A DNA stretch of 64,000 nucleotides from the human T2T-CHM13v2.0 reference genome, Homo sapiens, in assembly GCF_009914755.1 (NCBI RefSeq), contig NC_060928.1; one strand, written 5' to 3'. Every line of letters begins with the position of its first letter. Position 1 is the first letter of the stretch. The translations under genes and the position numbers were made by a program. The notes beneath the pieces were generated by a model. The model saw nothing but the letters and a program-made list of their open reading frames with translations, was not told where the DNA came from and did no database searches. This document shows, one piece after another, positions 1 through 13,589 of this stretch.

Positions 1-149
1 ATCCAGGAAATCCATGGCAGAGTGGTCAGGGGAGTGGGCTCAGCTTTGGCTCACATACCAGCCAGTCCCTTAATCTCTCTGTGCCCCTGCTTCCTGATAA
101 AGAAATAATAGTATCTACCCTAGAAAGTGCTTAGTATGCACTAAGCACT

Positions 150-1000
150 ATTGTGTAATGAATCATTCAAAACAATAGAAAAGTACAGGAAATTACAAAA
201 TACATGTACCACTACTCTGACTTTTTTAACACTTTGCCTTACCTGCTTCCGATCTATTTTTTTTTTTAACAGAAAGAAAAGGTAACAGCCACAGTGAGGT
301 TCCCTTTGCACTCCTTTAATCCCATTTCCCTCTCTCCATTAACCATTCTTAAATTGTTTTGTATTCTTCCTATCCAGGTCCTTATACTTTTACTGAGCCA
401 TGTTTTTCATATAAAAAATTTAAAACTGATGAGTATTTTACAAATTTGTCTGCAAGGTACACTGCAGCTTATTTTTTTCAATCAATATGTTTGTAAAATT
501 TATCCAGAATATACTTGTAAATCTGATTCATTCATTTTAAAATATTGTGCAATATTCCACTATATAAGTATATTACAACTTATCTGTTTTCCTAGTAAAG
601 GACATTGGATCTATCCACACTTTTTGCTCTATTATGCAACTGTAATCGTATTCTGTTTGCATAAATCCTTAAGCACCTAAGCACATTTCTTTAGAATGGA
701 ATTGTCAGGTCCTAGGGTAAGTTCATTTCTAAACCTTATTAGATATTACAAAATTGCTCTCTAAAGTGCTCAAGAAAGTGTGAGAATACCTGTTTCTCCA
801 TAATATCTCCAATACTTAGTATTACCAGGTTTTTTTTTTATTTTCACCAATCTCTAGAGTGAGAAATGGTACCTGTTTGTTAGTTAAATTTGCATTCCTC
901 TGATTACTAATTAATTTTCTTGTTTATTGGCCATTCCAATTTCCTTTTTTGTGAGTTATTTGCCTTTCCCATTGTGGTGACATTTGCTAAGAGGTCCCAT
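150..1000 (-). mobile_element. Old L1M (L1ME-like) 3' fragment
   Basis: T-rich decayed antisense L1 motifs (ggaattgtcaggtc...gagaaatggtacct...tttgcattcctctgattactaat...tttattggccatt). Confidence 0.6.
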
Positions 1001-2916
1001 TAGACATTCAGAGTTCACCATCTAGAAGCTTCCATTTATATACATACTGGATTTCCATTCATTTCAGCAAATATTCACTGATCTCCCTAAAGCCAGAGAT
1101 GCAGTATCCTTGGATTTACTTCTTTATATATCTTCTATACACATGCAAGACTTTTGGCTCAGTACTTCCTCTCCAGTGCATCACTTCCATGCCTGGCTTA
1201 CTATCTGCGAAGATGGTAGGTTTCTGTAGGCCACCTGCTGCCACCTGTTCTTCTGGCTGCTGCTCCTTAGATGTAAGTGATACATTCTCTAGAAGTCTTA
1301 ACACTTACATGATACTGGTCAGAAAGTAATTAAATGGAAACATTCAGAAGCAGCTGCTGACATACCTACAAACTCTCTAGCCATACCATAACTTTTACAC
1401 TTCTTTAATGAGCCTTGTTTGTCTGCTTGTTACTTTTTAAAGCCTCCAAGGCTTTGTACAAGTGTTTCTCATCCTGGCAAACTTCTATTTCCCTCAATAT
1501 CCAGGTCAAGGTCACCTAATGCATGTGTCCCTGTTTTCTCCGGCACGCTCCCAACCAATGTTCTCAACACTCAAGCCCCCCAAATCTCCTGGCAATTAAC
1601 TGTTAGCTTTTTTGGGTTCTGCCAACCATCTTGACTTATATTACACTAAGGTAATTACTACATTGTTTCCTACTTCAAAAAAAAAAAGTATGGTTTCCTC
1701 CCACCAGACCCTGGGCAATTTGAGGACAAGCACTGCCTTATTTATCTTGGGAGTCTCAAAGCCTACAATAATGTTCAGCACATTATGCTGAATATTTATA
1801 ATGTGGACCACAAAATTCTCAATTTGATGAACATTGGGAGAAACCAGAATTATTTTAAGAACTAATTCATCTTTGTACCATAGTTTCCAATATTATAAGT
1901 TCTAGCAAATCTGCCTTAAATAATTAAAATTGTCTAAGAATCTTAGAAAGGAGACAAAGACTTGAGAAGGCAGCTAAAAATCCCATTTCAAAGACTGTGA
2001 GGTAATAATGCAAACCAAACTCATATCTGAAACTGCTTACCTTGGGAAATCAATTTCTCCAATTTCAGAAGTAATTTGTTACTTTTTAATCAGTATTGAA
2101 ATTTATCTGGAATTAAGTTAGATCAAAAGCAGAAATATTCAGGGAAAAGACAAGTCTCTATTCTCCTACTTTGGCAATTGTCAATAAACAAGAAAATTCA
2201 CAGATTTAATTAACCAATTGAAACCCTTGTGCCCAACACACAGACTGGTAAATACGGTTTGCACACCATACTGGCCAGGGGACCAAGGGAGGGATTAGGA
2301 AAATGGTTCTGTGTGCAGGTGTGAAGAATGCTGAAATGGCCAGGTGAGGGTCAGCTCCATAATTATAAATGCGCCAGAGTTCCTAGAGGCACCATAGCCA
2401 ATGTGAAGGTACATGTGAGCTAATGTTGGCCAGCCACATTATGTATGAAAGGGGAATACAGGTGGTGGCTGTTCTATGGGTAAGGAGGTGGGGGATGTGG
2501 GAGGTTTGTCAGGGAAGGTGGCTGGGACAGGAGATGGGTACAATGTATTGTTCTGTTCCGTGACCTCAAAGAGTATTATATTATTCTCAGGCGCAGGTAT
2601 TATTGGCAATAGGGGAAAGAGATTAGAAGGGCATGGATAGACATGTAACCAATCCCAATACTTGGATACTACCTTCAGTGTCGAATGGTGGGAGCAATTT
2701 TGTTTTCATAAGTATCATACATTCTTCCACTCTCCAGCATCTCTAGATAAAAATGGTTCTCAACAAGCCTACTATGGAATGTTATTGTTTTAAACGGCCA
2801 TCCACAACTCTTTCCTCTCAATTTCAATAGCTGCTTCTCATAACCCCATTCTAGCTGCCCCTGTATCATGGCTGCCTTCAAGGATGACACCGTTACCTGT
2901 GGGGAAGGAACCAGCC

Positions 2917-2919
<3 letters not shown>

Positions 2920-2987
<68 letters not shown>
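2920..2987. repeat. Compound (CT)n(CA)n microsatellite
   Basis: Directly visible. Confidence 0.95.
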
Positions 2988-2989
<2 letters not shown>

Positions 2990-3348
2990 CAATTCATCAT
3001 TGTTCGTCAAAAGATGAATTAAGAAGTCTAAGAAATACACTGTTGACTCAATTAGGAGAGTGCTTCTCAAACATTGTGGCTAAGAATCAGTTTTGCCAAC
3101 TGGGGGACGGGGCTGAAAAAAATCAGTTTTTCTTTGTTTTTTAGTTTTCAATCTGTTACAGACTGACACTTTTGTAAAAATATGATGCATATGGAATACT
3201 AAAAAAAAAAAGACATAAAAAATACAAGCTTCCAATTTTTTGATTAAATTTAACAGACAATTGTTCTAGGTTCCTAAATGCTTAATCTCAATATCTGTTC
3301 TTAGCTGGAGGCAGACTGGTTAACAGTTTAAAATTTGGTACTTTAAGT

Positions 3349-3698
3349 CAGCAGTCCCCAGCCTTTTGGCACCAGGGACTGGTTTCATGGAAGACAATTT
3401 TTCCATGGACCAGAGTTGGGGGTGGGGTGGTCTGGGGATGGTTTGAGGATGAAACTGTTCCACCTCAGATCATCAGGCATTAGATTGTCTTAAGGAGCTT
3501 GCAACCTAGATCCCTTGCATGTGCAGTTCGCAATAGGGTTCTCGTGCCTGTAAGAACCTAATGCTGCAGTTGATTTGAAACGAGGTGGAGCTCAAATGCT
3601 CCCTCACCTGCCACTCACCTCCTGCTGTGCAGCCCAGTTCCTAACAGGCCACGGACTGACAGGTACTTGTCTGCAGCCTGACAGTCAGGAACCCCTGC
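3349..3698 (+). mobile_element. MER1-type hAT-Charlie DNA transposon (MITE)
   Basis: cagcagtccccagccttttggcaccagggactggtttcatggaagacaatttttcc ... aggaacccctg, with MER1-like termini. A second copy lies at 30654-30957. Confidence 0.8.
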
Positions 3699-5188
3699 TT
3701 TAAACAGTATTAAATTAGGGGAGGAGAGGCTCTAGGGCAGTCATGTTCTTGGGACTGTGTTTCTTAGAATCATTTATATAGCTTTACAGAGCACACGCAA
3801 TTCTATAACTCTCATTTGGGAAAAAATGACTGTTTTCACAATGCAAACCAATATAAAACTCAACAAACTAACATAAAACTCAACATATGTGAATGAAGGA
3901 GGCATGAGGGTTTTGTTGTATGTTTATCCCGAGGGGCACTGGTTAAAAAGTGCTGGGAATATGAACTAGTGTGTTAGGTGATCCCCGAGAGACCCCTGCC
4001 TCATTTCTTACAAAGAGGGGAGTGAGCTAAAGGGAGAAGAATGACAAAGCTAAGAGAGGTGGAGCGCCCACTCTGTAGAATTTTAAGCAGTATTCTGGAT
4101 CACAGGGTCTTTGATATACATGTTCATATAAGTACTCACAAAGTAAATGCTCAACAAGAGAGAGAGAAGCTGTGACTTTCATATTTTCCACCTCAAAAGA
4201 TAAAACACAGGCTGGGTTATGACTAAACAAACAGAGCAGAAAACTAAAATCTGAAGAGCATTTTATCTGTATCCAATTAGTATGTGCTGCTCAAATCTCC
4301 TAAGCACCCTCAAAAGGCCATGTCTTCCAGGAGCTGTTCCATTTCCCCTGCAAGCCCATCTCTTAAAGTCACAAGCACCTGCTCCTGCATAAAGTGAGAA
4401 CAGTTGGAATGGATTTTTCCTTCTCCTGGGTGGGGGGGTGGTCTGAGGAAGGAATGATTCAAATACTTTATTACTGCAATACCTTGCTCTACACCCTAAT
4501 CAGGACCAACTACATAATCTGTGGGGCCCAGTGCAAAAAGAATATTCAGGACCCCTTGTTAAAAAATTCTTCAGAATTTCAAGGCAGCAGCAGTAGAATA
4601 TTAAGCCAAGCCCAGCGCTTTTCTAAGTGTAGGTTCCTGTGTACAAGCATACCTAGGAAGCTGGCCTTGAAACCCCAGCAGTGTGTTGGCTCATTCTTTC
4701 CCCACAAACAAGCTTGCTGCTTTCAGACTTTGTGCAGGACTCAAATCTGCTCTGATACGGACCAGTGAGGACAATGTGATTGAAGTTATTAAAAAATTAC
4801 GCCAAGCCTTGTGTGATCTAATTCCTCAAAGAAGCCCCTCAAAAGGTGGGGGCTTAATTTAATTTCCCCTCAAGTCCCGTAATAGGAAAGTGGATGCTAT
4901 TGTCTTAGATTTACAGCTGCTTCTGTGTGCAACAGGAAGTTATATTGATTCTAATCTTGGCTGTAGAGGCGGGTCTGAAAACCTAAAACTCAAAGGTCAA
5001 GGTCAGCCAAGGTCAACCTTGAGAGGTAGGAAGGAGGGGCCTTTTTGGTGTGGTAGGAAGAGTTCATCGCTATGAAGCCCACCTCTGTTTCTAAGAGATT
5101 AGCTATATCAATCCCCTCCTGGATACCTGGGGGCAATACCCCTCAGATCCCTTCTCTCAGGAAGGCCACATTTGCAGAAGCCACTCAC

Positions 5189-5269
5189 TGTCCTGAGATG
5201 TCAACCCTTCTTCTAATTCATGTATCCTCTTACGTAATTCAACTGCCAATAATTGAGAGCATCGATAAG
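5189..5269 (-). CDS. Candidate alternative in-frame cassette exon of TBC1D9 (81 nt; AYRCSQLLAVELRKRIHELEEGLTSQD)
   Basis: Acceptor ttgttcttcAG and donor GACA|GTGAGT. Length 81 nt, symmetric phase 1-1 and stop-free in the frame set by exon 1. Not repeat-like. Confidence 0.5.
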
Positions 5270-6146
5270 CTGAAGAACAACTTGGCAACGAAATAATATG
5301 AAATAGAAATAATTCTGAATTCAAAATTACATTTAGGTAATGACCTACAATGTCTAAATAAATTATAGTACATTGATATAATATGTAGACATTTAAAATC
5401 ATACCTTCAAGTAATTATTTCATGACATGGTGAAATGCACCTAGCATATGAAAAACAGCACAAAACTAATTACTATTCTGTATGATCCCAATTTGTCTAA
5501 AAAAGTATAATATAACCTATATTACAAATTACAATACATGTATTAATTTTAAAAAATACAAAACTAAATATGAATATTAACATTAGTAGGTGAGATGACA
5601 ATTCTGCTATTTTATGGTCTTCTGTGTTTTCAAAAGTATCTCAAATGTACATTCAATACATTTATGATGAGAAAACAAAAAATATATAATTACCTCCAAC
5701 CTTTTATTTTGGGCTTTTTTTACTCAAAGAGAGCTCATGCCATCAAGCAAACAGACAGTTACCATGGTTATACTAACGCTGCTACTTCACAACAGATAAC
5801 CACAGGTTAGAAATCTTGTTGCTAGGTTGCAACATGCTAGCTAAGAGTCCATATCTAAATGAGAGGCTCCCTCAAAAACACACTTCCTTGGAGAGGGACC
5901 TGGCGTTTACATTTTAGAAATTTTTTTTTGAAGTTCATTTTTTCCCTCTGGTATACGGAGTTCATCAATGCTACAAACTGGTACGTATTCATACGCACTG
6001 AATCACATTCCTTACTCCAGTTGCAGGCACTTGATGTTTAATAACTAGTTTATCTCAAGTCAGGAAGTTTACAGTGTCAAAATGAATCAAATTGATTTTA
6101 CCATTTTTATCAAGTATTCTCTGAATATGCTCTTTAAAAAAAAAGA

Positions 6147-6175
<29 letters not shown>

Positions 6176-6177
<2 letters not shown>

Positions 6178-6461
6178 AGGTGCGGTGGCTCAGGCCTGTA
6201 ATCCCAGCACTTTGGGAGGCCCAGGCGGGCAAATCACGAGGTCAAGAGTTCGAGACCAGCCTAGCCAACATGGTGAAAGCCCATCTCTACTAAAAATACA
6301 AAAAATTAGCTAGGCGTAGTGGCGGGCGCCTGTTGTCCCAGCTACTCAGGAGGCTGAGGCAGGAGAATTGCTTGAACCCGGGAGGCGGAGGTTGCAGTGA
6401 AGCCGAGATCACGCCATTGTACTCCAGCCCGGGCAAGAGAGTGAGACTCCATCTCAAAAAA

Positions 6462-6462
<1 letters not shown>
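6176..6462 (+). mobile_element. AluS element flanked by (TA)n and (GATA)n
   Basis: Full dimeric Alu consensus; (AT)n at about 6147-6174 and (GATA)n at about 6463-6503. Confidence 0.92.
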
Positions 6463-6970
<508 letters not shown>

Positions 6971-7177
6971 TAAATCTCTAAGTACCCATGGTGTTGCCTT
7001 CAGCTACATATAAGCAAGACAAAGAAAAAAGCCCAGGAGACCAGCCACTCTGTGCTTATATTAACAAAGGAAATGCCAGGAAAGATGCATATTAAACTTA
7101 ATAATGGTTACCTCTTGGGAATGAGATTGATATGGCAGAAATCAGAAACATTTTTTATTATTTGAAATATATTTTTA

Positions 7178-7480
7178 GGCCAGGTACAGTGGACTGTAAT
7201 CCCAGGACTTTGGGAGGCCAAGGTGGGAAGACCACTTGAGCCCAGGAGTCTGAGACAGCCTGGGCAATAATTAAGACTTTGTCTCTACAAAAAAAATATT
7301 AAAAATTAAGCAAGGTGTAGTGGTGCATGCCTGTAGTTCCAGCTACTTGGGAGACTGAGGCAGGAGGATCACTTGAGCCCAGGAGGTAGAGGGTGCAGTG
7401 AGTTAAGACCACACCCTGCACTTCAGCCTGGGAGACAGAGTGAGACCCTATCTCTGAAAAAGAATTAAAAAAAAAAAAAA
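7178..7480 (+). mobile_element. AluJ
   Basis: Diverged Alu dimer with J-type gagcccaggag motifs and poly-A. Confidence 0.9.
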
Positions 7481-7587
7481 CTATATTTTTTAAAGTAATT
7501 TCTATACTATTGGAACTATACACTATAAAACATTGTACTTTTATAATTTGTACAATGTACATGTATTATAATCAAATAATGAACCAC

Positions 7588-7620
7588 TAGGTTGGTGCAA
7601 AAGTAATTGCAGTTTTTAAT
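7588..7620 (+). mobile_element. MADE1 / Hsmar1 mariner TIR fragment
   Basis: taggttggtgcaaaagtaattgcagttttt matches the Hsmar1/MADE1 terminal inverted repeat. Confidence 0.75.
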
Positions 7621-7895
7621 ACTATAGGATCAATGAAACATTAAAGATCCTACTATAAGAGTTTGTAAATGATGAAGCCACTTAACCAATCAGCTCCTGC
7701 TGCTTTCTGTAAAGGTCACTGGCAAAAATCAGAATCGGTAACCCTTGGCATAATATTAGCCTGGGGGGCTGAAGAGGTGAATGCAAGATGATACAGAATA
7801 AGGCAACCTTGTGCAGCCTTTCACCAGGGACTTTGATTAGTGCAAACACACAAGGCTAAAACGTGGCCTAGGATGAAAAGATGAGCCACTTCCCT

Positions 7896-9085
7896 TGTTG
7901 GCAAAAAAGAGTCAAGCTCTGTAAAATATTTAAAGAGGTTTATTCTGAGCCAAATATGAGTGTTCAAGGCCTGAGGCAGTCTCAAGAGGTCCTGAGAACA
8001 TGTACCCATGGTGGCTGGGTTGCAGCTTGGTTTTATATGTTTTACAGGGACATAAGACATCAATCAACACATGTAAGGTGTATATCAACTTGGTCTGGAC
8101 AGGAGGAACCACTCAAAGTGGGGGCTTCTGGGTCTTTGGTGGATTCAAGGATTTTCTTAATGGCGATTGAAAGTTATGATCTAAAGACTTCTAATCGTTA
8201 GAAAGAAGTGGGTGGGTTAAGATAAGGGGTTATGGAGACCAAAATTCTTATTATTTAGATGATGTCTCATAGGTGGCCACTCTGAGAGGCAACAGACAGC
8301 AAATGTTTTCTCTTCAGACCTTTACAAGGTGCTAAGCTCTGAGCTAATCTCTTCAGGATCAGAAAAAGACCTGAAAAGGGAAGACTTTCTACAAAATGTA
8401 CATTTCCTCCATAAGAGATAGCTTTCCAGGACCATTTTAAAACATGCTAAAGAAATACATTTTGGGGTAAAATAATTTTTTCAGAGTCTGCTCTCTGTCA
8501 TGTGATGCTATACTAGAGTCAGGTTGGAATTAGGCACCTTACTGCTACAAAGAGTCTGTTTTGGAGCAGGCATAGTGGCTCATGCCTGTAATCCCAGAAT
8601 TTTGGGAGGCTGAAGCAGGAAGATTGTTTGAGCCCAGGAGACCAGCTCGGGCAACACAGTGAGATCCTGTCTCTACAAAAAAATTTAAAAATTAGCCAGG
8701 TGTGGCGTTGTGCACCTATAGCCCTAGCTACTCGGGAGGCTAAGGTGGGAGGATTTTTTGAGGCCAGGAGAGATCGAGGCTGCAGTAAGCAGTAGCCCCA
8801 CCACTGCACTCCAACCTGGGTGACAGAGTGAGACCCTGTCTCAAAACAAACAAACGAACAAACAAACAAAGCAAGTCTGTTTTGTCAGTCTTAAGATCTC
8901 TGTTTTAATATTAATACTGGTCAGTTGTGCCTGAATTCCAAAGGAAGGAGAGTATAATGAGGCATGTCTGACCCCGCTTTCTCATCACGGCCTGAACTAG
9001 TTTTTCAGGTTTACTTTGGAATCCCCTTGGCTGACAGAAGGGGTCCAATCAATCAGTTGGGGGAGCTTAGAATTTTCAGTTTATA
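7896..9085 (-). mobile_element. MER4-family ERV1 solo LTR interrupted by an AluJ (about 8565-8872, +)
   Basis: Reverse complement of the LTRs at 34648 and 37990 (ctctgtaaaatattta; cctgaactagtttttca). The Alu is flanked by the TSD agtctgttttg. Confidence 0.8.
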
Positions 9086-9942
9086 CCCTCCAGTTATCTT
9101 GCTTCTGGTCTTTCAGACTGGCTGCAGTTTGCATACATCCTGGTAACAAAGCCCAGCAAGTTGAATTCATAGTACCTTGAATGACTCCTGTTCCTTATAA
9201 CCCAAAGTGACCAACAAAAACCCTAACTAACCCCTTTGGCTCCATCTGGATAGGCTCTTTGAGTAAATGTTCCCTTCCACACTATAGCAAGTTATATAAG
9301 AAGGTGCAAAGGCATTAACAGCAATAATGTTTTCCAGTCTTGCATCCAAATATTCTAACACAGATAAAAATAGTGGCTACAGACTGTAATTAAAACAATC
9401 ATGCTATTTGCAAGGGAGAGATACAGTAGCAGCCTGGCTTGATTCCTGGGAGTTTCGTGGAACCTCATCACTTTGAGGGCAAGCAACTCCACCTGCATTC
9501 CATTTCTATCTTAGCCTTTATCCACCTGGATAAGACTGAGGGACCTCACAGACAAATTTCATTTTGTGATGGATAACGTGGGAGCAATCTTCAGCTAAAG
9601 TCTAGATAAAGCCTTAAAGAGAAAATTGAGCTCGGAAGACCTGAAAATAAAGAAAACACCCTGGCACCAACAAGGGAGAGAAACAAAACAAAGAAGCTCA
9701 CCAAAGATGGTTTGACTGTGCAAAACCATGGGTACGGTAACCAGTAACACCCTTATTTTATCAAGATGTCTATTGTAACAGGATGTGTTTTCAATAAATG
9801 TAAATGACCTGTAAATGTAGATAAGTCCCTTACAGAATATATTAGGCCCAACTGAAATTTTCTAAGTAGTTTAGTCATGGCCTGAAGATAGCTTGAAACC
9901 TGTTTTGAAAAACATTGATAATAGGTTGGACACAGTGGGTCA

Positions 9943-10222
9943 TGCCCATAATCCCAACATTTTGGGAAGCTAAGGAAGGAGGATTGCTTGAGCCCAGGAG
10001 TTGGAGACCAGCAAGGGCAACACAGTGAGACTCCTATGTCTACAAAAAGTTTTTTAAAAATCAGCTGGGTGTAGTGGAGCTTGCCTAGAGTCCCAGCTAC
10101 TTGGGAGGCTGAGGTGAGAGAATCCCTCGAACCTGGAGATGGAAGTTGCAGAGAGCCATGATCGTGCCCCTGTACTCCAGCCTGGGTGACAAAGCAAGAC
10201 CCTGTCTCAAAAAAGAAAAAAA
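9943..10222 (+). mobile_element. AluJ
   Basis: Alu dimer with poly-A. Confidence 0.9.
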
Positions 10223-12483
10223 AATATCAATAATGGATGAGAAGAAATCATCATTGGCAATAACAAAAGTAGTGTACTAGAGTTGGGGGCCCTTCTTTGC
10301 AAAGTAATTACAAAGTCATTTCCAGGAAACCATTCTCTTTTCATGCTATAAACTTGTCACAACAGAGGGGTAGGATACCAACAGTATCACTGACTCCTTA
10401 CATCCTCAGTTAGAAACTGATGAGCAAAAACACAAGGTGGGAGAAATTATTTTTATATTATTGATTAGTGAATGGGGAAATTTAAAGTAATGAAGAACTT
10501 ACGTTTTTTTCACCCTTAATTATATTGTCTACACCTAGTTCCTTAAAGCAAAAATCACACACACACCCACACCCTCTACAACCCACTATGCTGATTTAAA
10601 ACATGCTCATTTAAACTGAGTTTAGAGTAATGGGGGCTGTAAAAAAAAAAAAAAACACAAACAACAACAACAACAAAAAAAGCAACTCCAGGTTTGGTCT
10701 CAACCTATCTCTGCATTTAATAAAACAATAATACAATGAAAGACTTGGGTTATATCAAAATAAATATTTTGAAACTTTTTAAAAGACAGTCACCTGCAAG
10801 AATTTATTTTATGCCAGTGTTTCTCAAAGAATATCCTCTTTGAATAAACAAAGGTTTCACTTTCTTCCTCACGTTCTGTTACATCACCCTAAATAAAAGT
10901 CATAATCCTTTAGAGAATCAACATATGTTACCTGAACCAGGAGATGCAGACAGGAGCTTTTGCCCAACTTTCCTGTCTTGTTTTGGAGCCGGAGTTGGGA
11001 GAGGGGTCAGGAAAGAGAGAGGGAGAGGGGAAAAGCCCAAGTTGTTGTTTTTAAAATTTTCCAGTTATAAAAACAACAACATTTAAGCTGCTTCTTCTAA
11101 CCGTAGAGGCCTTCCTGTTCAATAACTATGACATAAATGATTCAATAATGGCAATGATTCTTTGTTAATGGCTAATTCACCATGCATAATCCTTTTAGAC
11201 ATGACTCAGCTTTCCTGTTGGGACAATATTTCATTTATGACTATCAAATTAATTTATCTGAAGCATATACTGGGTACAATAAACCTTCACTTTCAGCTGA
11301 AAATGGGCAAGGGCAGCACTAGGCATCTCATCTCAGAACTTGCTGGCTTCAAAACTTTTCCTTTGCTGGTGGAAGGCCGGGGCCTCTATGAAATCTAGAA
11401 CACAGATCAGGGAAACAGATTCTTTCTACAGCTCAGGTGCAGCGTGAAGATTATGTGATTGGGACAAGTATGTGTTTCATGTTCTCAGGGTTCCCACTGG
11501 GTAGAACACAGTGCAGTCATGAAAGACAGACTGGAAAGCCATGGTATCCCCAGGAGCCCCCCAACTTATTTCTTTAAGTCTACAGGTCACAACTTCCCAG
11601 TGGTACCCCAGGAAATGATGACAAGCTAGCAATATACCTGTTCTCTTGGCTCTTAGGATACCTTTTGTGCCCTGCAAACACTATCATTTTCTAAGTATGC
11701 TATGATATGAAAATAGGTAGAAAGCTCTGTATTAGAACAAATAAAGCATAAAAGCATTTTAGATAATAGTGCTTTACTCTACAATATTTCTATACATTTA
11801 ATTTCAATGCATACTGATGGGATTCAATTGAGTAATTAGTATATACTAATTCAATTGAGTAAATAGTATATAGTTTCCCCATAGTTTGCTTTTAAAAAGT
11901 TAAATGAAATATGCTTTATTTTATTTAAATGTGATATACCTAGTTTTTTTTCTGTTCCTTTTTTCAGAAAAAAAAAAAAAAAAAAGTACATTCAGCTATG
12001 CACATTGGGAGGTGACTCACAGGACATTTGCCTGATCTTTATGCTAGTTCTTTGAACATTTTTATTAAGACAGAACAATCCCCTCTTTGCAAAAGTGTGA
12101 GGATCTCTGGTCTTCATTACTCTCTCCTCTGAATGAACCCTGAGGAAAACAGAGTCAGAGCTACCCTATATAATCCTCCATGTAATAATTACCCCACATA
12201 AACCCAGGGCCTCATACCTCCTTAGCTCTTCCCAGACAGTCCAATGAATAAGCAACAACAATGACTGAACATTTTCACAACGAACAAGCCACATGATTAG
12301 GAAATTACCAACATGGCTATTTTCAAATAATTTCCAGAAGATCACCAGGGAAACCCCTAGAAAAACTAAGCTCATTTAACTTAAATCCGAAAGAGCACCC
12401 AGCAGTCTAAGGAAAAACATTTAGATGTTTGTTCTGGCCTATTTCTATGACAGCAATAAGAATGTCCCTAATATTCCTACCTA

Positions 12484-12875
<392 letters not shown>

Positions 12876-12889
12876 AGAAAGTGGATTCA

Positions 12890-13060
12890 AGTCTTCATTT
12901 CCCCACTCACAAGCTGTGTGGCTTCAGACAAGTCACTTAGCTTCTCTGAGTCATAGTTTCCTGCCACTACATCAGGGATATTTCATCTTCCCTGCTAGTC
13001 TCCCAGGGCTGCTGAGAAACAGATGACATACTGTGTATGGGAGTGCTTCAAAAACTGTAG
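12890..13060 (+). mobile_element. MIR fragment
   Basis: MIR core-like: ccactcacaagctgtgtggcttcagacaagtcacttagcttctctgag. Confidence 0.6.
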
Positions 13061-13589
13061 AGTCTCTCACTCATGTAATCTAACTAGGATTTTTCTTTAA
13101 ATAATGCTTAATTTTGGAGCAGGGAAGGAGCGTCAAGACATAAACTTGCATCTTCTTTTTCTACAGAGAAGGAAGCTGGGCACTGGAAGGAAGTGCTTGC
13201 TAAAGTTATGTTCTGAATCCCAGGAAGTAGTCACCATGATTATTAGTGTCTAGAAGAGGTAAAGGAAAAATATGGCCTTAGTCCTGGAGGCATGATGTGA
13301 TTTCATCCTTAGCATCATGAAATAGACACTGAGCACCTGTGGAGAGGAAGCTTTGCTGGGCACTAGAAATATAATCTATCACTGATGTCTTTGAGAATAG
13401 GATCTGGCTGCGAAGAAAGAAGCAGCACATACAAATAGCAATCATTAGAATGGTCATTTGCTCAGTCAGTTCAAGGGTACATAGCTCAAGGGTAATACAG
13501 AAGATGTTACACGGTACTTACCCAAGGCTGGCATACTCATGCAGGAGACTGTTTTGAACTGCCTCCTGGAGTTGGGTTTGGTGGAAGGT

